Below are positions 55,101 to 61,100 of a DNA stretch of 64,000 nucleotides, piece after piece; positions within the stretch are counted from its first letter, which is position 1; each line of letters opens with the position of its first letter. Source of the stretch: Candidatus Omnitrophica bacterium UBA6253 (GTDB lineage: Bacteria > Omnitrophota > Gorgyraeia > Gygaellales > Profunditerraquicolaceae); contig DJVP01000012.1 in the NCBI GenBank assembly GCA_002441245.1, positions 325,504 to 389,503 of the forward strand. Direction: 5' to 3'. The translations under genes and the position numbers were made by a program. The notes beneath the pieces are model-generated. The model searched no databases, was not told the DNA's origin, and saw only the letters and a program-made list of their open reading frames with translations.

Positions 55101-58100
55101 ATTACCAATGAACAGTGTATCGACATCTTGCATATATCTAAAAGTATTCAGGGCTTCTTCCGGATTCTCTACTAATGGTTCATGCTTGTTAAAAGAAGTA
55201 TTGACCACTGCCGGAACCCCAGTCAATTCCCCTACCTTATCCAAAAGTTTCAAATAAAGGGTGTTATGTTTTCCGTCTACAGTCTGGGGCCTCGCTAGTC
55301 TTTTCCCATATTGATGAACTCCGGAAGCCAACATATGTTTCTTATCCGCAAGGACGTCAAAAGCAACGACCATAAAGGGAGATTTGTAAATTCCCTTAAA
55401 ATATTCTTTCGCGACAGACTCAGAAATACTACAGGCAGACGGCCTCCATAACTGCCTTCCCTTTAGAATATTGGCGGTATTATTGGCGGTGTCGTCCAGA
55501 AGGTTTAATAAAATGCTTCTTGCGCCTAGCGCCCGCGGGCCTAACTCGCTTTTCCCCTGAAACCAGGCAACCGGCTCATTTTCTACTATCAAACGAGAAG
55601 CTTCATCTATTATTTTTTGATCGTTTGCCGCGATATAATCAATTCCCTGTTGAAGCCCAAACCGATCCAGAACTTTTCGAATTTCTTCATCACTGTATTC
55701 AGGTCCATAAAAAGCATGCTCCATTTCAAAGAAAACATCTTGCCCATATACCTCTTTAGCAACCACCAAAGCCGCGCCGATCGCTGTTCCGGCGTCGCTT
55801 GCTACCGGCTGAACAAAAATATCTTCGCCATCCACTAATCCATCGGAAATGATCTTCCCATTCGCTAATATATTCAAAGAAATCCCGCCGGATAAAGACA
55901 CCTTTTTAATATCTCTTGTCTTACGGGCTTCTCGAAGATGATACCTTACAATATCTGTTACAATGCTATCTGTCGTTTCCTGAAGCACAAAAGCCAAATT
56001 GGCGAAAGACCTGTCTTCAATCAAAAGAGGATCAATTTCTTTGCTATTTTTTGTACATAAAGGAACTAATGCCTGGAGCTTCTTTACCAGCGCGTTGGTA
56101 ACGCGAATCTTTCCAGGCGCAATACCTCCATAATAAAGATATTCGGGATTAGCGACCAATTTTCCACTAGTAGAATCAAAATATATATAATCATTGAAGA
56201 TTTTCCTTAGATTTTTTACCCGGTGTCTTTCCGTATCGTCCCGTGGTTCTCCATATGGAGCTAAGCCCATGATCTCGCCTTCTGCAAAAGTAGGCCGGAA
56301 GCCAAGATATTCTGTCATTGCAGCCCAAACCCATCCTAATGAATTAGGCAAGGTATAATTTCCGATTCCTTCCATTTCTCCATTATCACCGATCCAAATC
56401 GTCCCTGAATCAACATCTCCATAGCCATCCAGACAAACAACCAAAACAGGGTCTTTGAAACCACTGAGGTAATATGCCGAAGCAGCATGCGCAAGATGAT
56501 GACTGATAAACGAAATTAAGGGAGTGTATCTAGTATTATAGTATTTTCGCATTTCAGCCAAAAACTCTTCCAGATTACCGATGCTAAATCGCGCTTTATT
56601 CTTCTCGGGAACATTTCTGCGAATAATCCCTTTAATAGTAATATTTTTTTTTGCGGCAAACTCTTCATCCATTTTCCGAAAAAATTCATCCGAGGGGGCA
56701 GGAGAATGCGGAGTATCAACGTAAAGATTATAATTCCAGCCAATGGCAATATGAGCTATATCTTCTAACGATATATTCTCATCTTTAAGAAGCTTATGAA
56801 TTGCCAGAATAGGAAACTTTGAAGCATCGTGCTTAGTCCTAGACATACGTTCTTCTTCTAAAGCCGCTACAATCTTTCCGTCTTTCAGCAGGACTGCGGT
56901 AGAATCATGCCAAGAACCAGATATCCCCAGGATATATTGACCTTTTCTATTGGCGCCGAAATCACCTTGGTATAATTTTATCGTTATCCCGTCGTAGAAG
57001 ATCCGATCTTTAAGGCCGGCATACTCAACGGGAAAAATGTCATTTTTGTGGAAACGGACAAGTCTATCAGCAAAATACAAATCAATAACACGGTCTTTAT
57101 TAATAGTTACCCTCTGGACGCCGGAGATCTGACTAAGCAAGATAATCATTTCTTTATCGGTAAAGACGTTAAAGCCGTTACAAAAATCCATAAAGTTATT
57201 CAAATCATACTGATCTATCATGATCCCATTATCTGCGAGCGTCCTGAAAATAATATCCTGCTCTCTGGTGATCCGTGAAAAAAGCTCTTCCATTTTATTC
57301 AACCCTTCTTCAAGGGTCCTATTCTTCTTTAAAAACCAGGTCCTAGCGACAAAGGAATCAACGCCTTTACGCAAAATTCTATGCAGGCTTTCTTCGTTGA
57401 TCCCACCGTCGATTTCAATCGGAACATTGTGGATACATCGTTCACGGAAGAATTTCCTCAACATGGCTATTTTTTCCAAAGTTGAAGGAATAAACGGACG
57501 ACTGCAGGCGCCCGGGACTATCGCCATCAGCATAATAGATTCTATTTCCCTACCGATCATCTCCGATATATTCTCAAGCGCGGATAAAGGAGTTTCAGGA
57601 TTAAGCACTAAACCAAATTTTAAATCTAATCCTACGGTCTTTCTAATAATATCCTTCAGTTTCTCAATTTCATTAAATGATTCAAAATGAATGAGTATTT
57701 TATCCCTTTTGCTTTTTAGTCCGGCATCAGACATTCTTTTTACAAGAGAGAAATCCGGTGCTACGGACATCAGGTGGACTATTAAAGGCAACTTTGTGAA
57801 AGAAAGCTCCCGAATCTGCTTACTGCAATCAAATGCCTCAGAATCAGGAGTAAATACGCCGTCAAGATAATCGATATGTATCCCATTCATCCCCGCGGCT
57901 TCCACTCTCCTTACCTCTGATACAACTTCCTCATCCAAAGCTGATAAGATCGAAAAGTAAACATTTAGCGATTTTATTGAGGTAATAGCGGAAGACGACC
58001 CTACCGGAGCGTACCATCTGATTATCTTTGAGGGGTGGTTAGAAGTGTTGGTAAGGGTGAATTCTTTAAGATAAGCCGGGATTATGGCGCAGTCATTGGT

Positions 58101-61100
58101 AGAGAGAGTTTCAGGAGAATAGTTAGGAGCATTGATCTGGACTGAGCCTTCTAAGATGAATATAGGATAGCCGTGGTCATTAGCTTGCTGGCTTATTCGG
58201 GTGTTAAGAGTAATCTCATCTACGATTACTTCAGTGGTGGTAAAGAGATTATCAATATGATTACCTTGATTATCATTAAACAGGTTTGCTCTCTGGCTGT
58301 AAACTTTAGCTAAGTTTATTTTATCATAAGCAGGAATATTGGCTCTGATTAAAGCATCATTTAAAACCTCCAGAGCTCCAACTATATCTTCTTTGCCTGG
58401 CCTGGGTGATTTACCATCAGTCCTGTCCCAAAGAGCAACTGTAGCTCGTTTTAAATCACCTTTCTTGATTTCTTCACCTGTTGGAGCATGAGACCATTCC
58501 CAGATGGTTGTGCCAAACCGAATAGCATGGATTAAACCACCTCCAACTAAGATCAAATCGTTTTCTTTAGCATTTAATTGATACAGTAGGTTTTCTAAGC
58601 TTCCTTCATTGTAGGCTCGCAAAAGGATTTCAGCAGTTATATTTTGATTTAGGCCCAGATATAACTTTGCTCCGCCTGGACCAACCATCCACATCTCAGG
58701 CTTAGCAGGCCTGGAAGAATGACCTATAGCCGGATGAACCTGAACCCCCAAGGATAAACCGGCATCAATTAACTTCATGATAGTAGCCATGGATCTGCCG
58801 TATCTTCTGATATGTTCACCACCTAAGATACGTTCCCCTTCTTGCTCTAAGAGCTGGATGAGGTTAAGATTAGAATCAACTACCTTTGAAGGATAGGTTT
58901 GATCATCTGAGGCAAGCCATAATTCACCTACAGGCTCATTCTCAGGATTAGCTTTATTTACATCAGCTATATCTCCAGCTGGCAGGTCCTTGTAAGTCAA
59001 TCCTAAAAGCTTTAAGATATTTGATTCCTTGGCAGGCCTGCCCCAGGTGTAAGTATGCTTACCGGTGCGGATGTTGGCGCTATAGATACGAACTATAGCG
59101 CTGAGAGGGGAGGAAGAAACATAAATCCTCTCTACGTCTTGTTGGGTTAAACCAACTTCGGCCAACTTACGATAAAGTTCTTCATTGGCAATTAAAATGT
59201 GCCCGGTCATTTCTAAGCTGGCAAATTTAAGCTTATGGCTACCATTTAAATTGATTTTTGCGTATTCATCTTGACGTGGAAATAAAATAGCCCTCGGATT
59301 ATTTTTTCTTAAGTTAAATGACAAATTATAAGGCATGTTCTTAAGCGATAAATTATTAATGTCTATTAATGTTGCTTCACTCAAATTTTCTATATCTTTT
59401 TCTTTAAACATAAACGCCGGAGCCGGCCAACCCATAATCAATCCTTCTTTCGTGGGATCATAAGCATCGATGTATTTCCAGATATTGGTCTGTTTCTTAA
59501 AGATCTGGAAATGTAAGTGGTGTACGGAATGGCCTGCGCCAGGGCTATTAAAAGTGGCTTCGTAATCTTCACCCATTGCCTTTAAAACTAACAAAGTATC
59601 TTCTACTCTTTTAGCATCCAATGATTGTTTCCGATGCTCTTTGCTAACCAAATTTAGGTGAAATGGAACATAGGGGAATTTATTGGCTATTAATTTATAT
59701 TCTCTCCCTTCTATTTCAATCTCGGCTAAAACCTGTTTATCCAGAATATTGCAAAAAGGACAAAGCGAATTATTATCATTCTGTTGATTAACGTATCCTT
59801 CCCTTAAATTAAATAAAACTACTTCTATTTCAGCTCCGGAGCCAAGCGTTACTTTCTGGGAAAAAGTATCAATAAATTTGTAAGCAAAAATGTCTCTATC
59901 GCTACAAGATAATTCCTGGAAACGCTTTTCAATAATCTCTTTAATTACTCCTGATTTTACATTGTTGTTTATATTTAGCTTCAGAATTGCTTTAATTGGC
60001 GAAGAAACACTGGGTTTTTCAGTTTTGTTCTTTCTCTGAATTTTTTGATTTACCAGATAAATAGTCCCATAAGCTTGGGCAAATCTGCGTAAATTATCAT
60101 CTGGAACTATTTCTTCAGGAAAAATAATCTGGGGTATTAGAGCTCTAAGATGAGGGAAATCTCTTTCTATAGTTTCTTTTAAGCTCTCATAGTAAACTTT
60201 ACCAGCTAAACAATTAAAATCTTTATTCTGAGCCTTATCTTTAACTTTAACCTTAGTGATTCTACCAGTGAGAAGCAATTCGTCTGGAAAGTCCGGCCCA
60301 AAATCATAATATATATCATTTAAAAAAATAGCCAAATGCTTACCTAAGTGCCGGAATATTTCTACCGCGTCTTCATTATAATCTTCTCTTTCAGGAGACG
60401 TCATAAGCTGTAATTCCTCTAATCTTTCTGCCTTCTCTTTTGCTTTTAATTCTATATTTTTCTCTTTAGCCAATCTAAAAGCTGCCTCCTGAGCTAAATG
60501 TTTCTGGGCCGCATCTAATATACCGGTGTTTTTGTTTTCAGTGCCAGCTTCCTTGTCATCTGTCAAGATCACATTGCTTGCCCTCAAAAACATCGGGGTT
60601 AATTCGCCATTCATATCCACATAACCAGCGCCAGGAGAAGTTCCAACTGCAATACCTAAAATATTGCCTCTTTCTTTTTCTACGGCAGCCCAGAAAGCAG
60701 TAATATTACCATCGTTAGCAATAGCCACTTCGGTTTTAAATTCTTTTCCTATTTCTTGAGCTAATAAACCTAACTTATCAAATTCATTCCAATATTCTTC
60801 TTTAGACCACTCTTCCCGATTCCAACGCTTCTTTCTATCCTCTTTAGCTTGTTCAATCCCTTCTCTCGTTCCTGTAATTCCCAGGCTTGCGGTTTTACCG
60901 GTATCTCCACCAACAATTAAGCCATTATAATTTTCATCATTAATTATCATATCCGGCCAGCTTATTCCAATACCTACTATCTTCTCATTATTTCCTACAG
61001 CCTTCAATACTTCCGGTATTACAATTTTATTAATGAAATCAATATAGTCGCTAGCCCGAGTAAAATCTTCCGGCTTCCAGCCCTCTTTTTCACCAAACTC

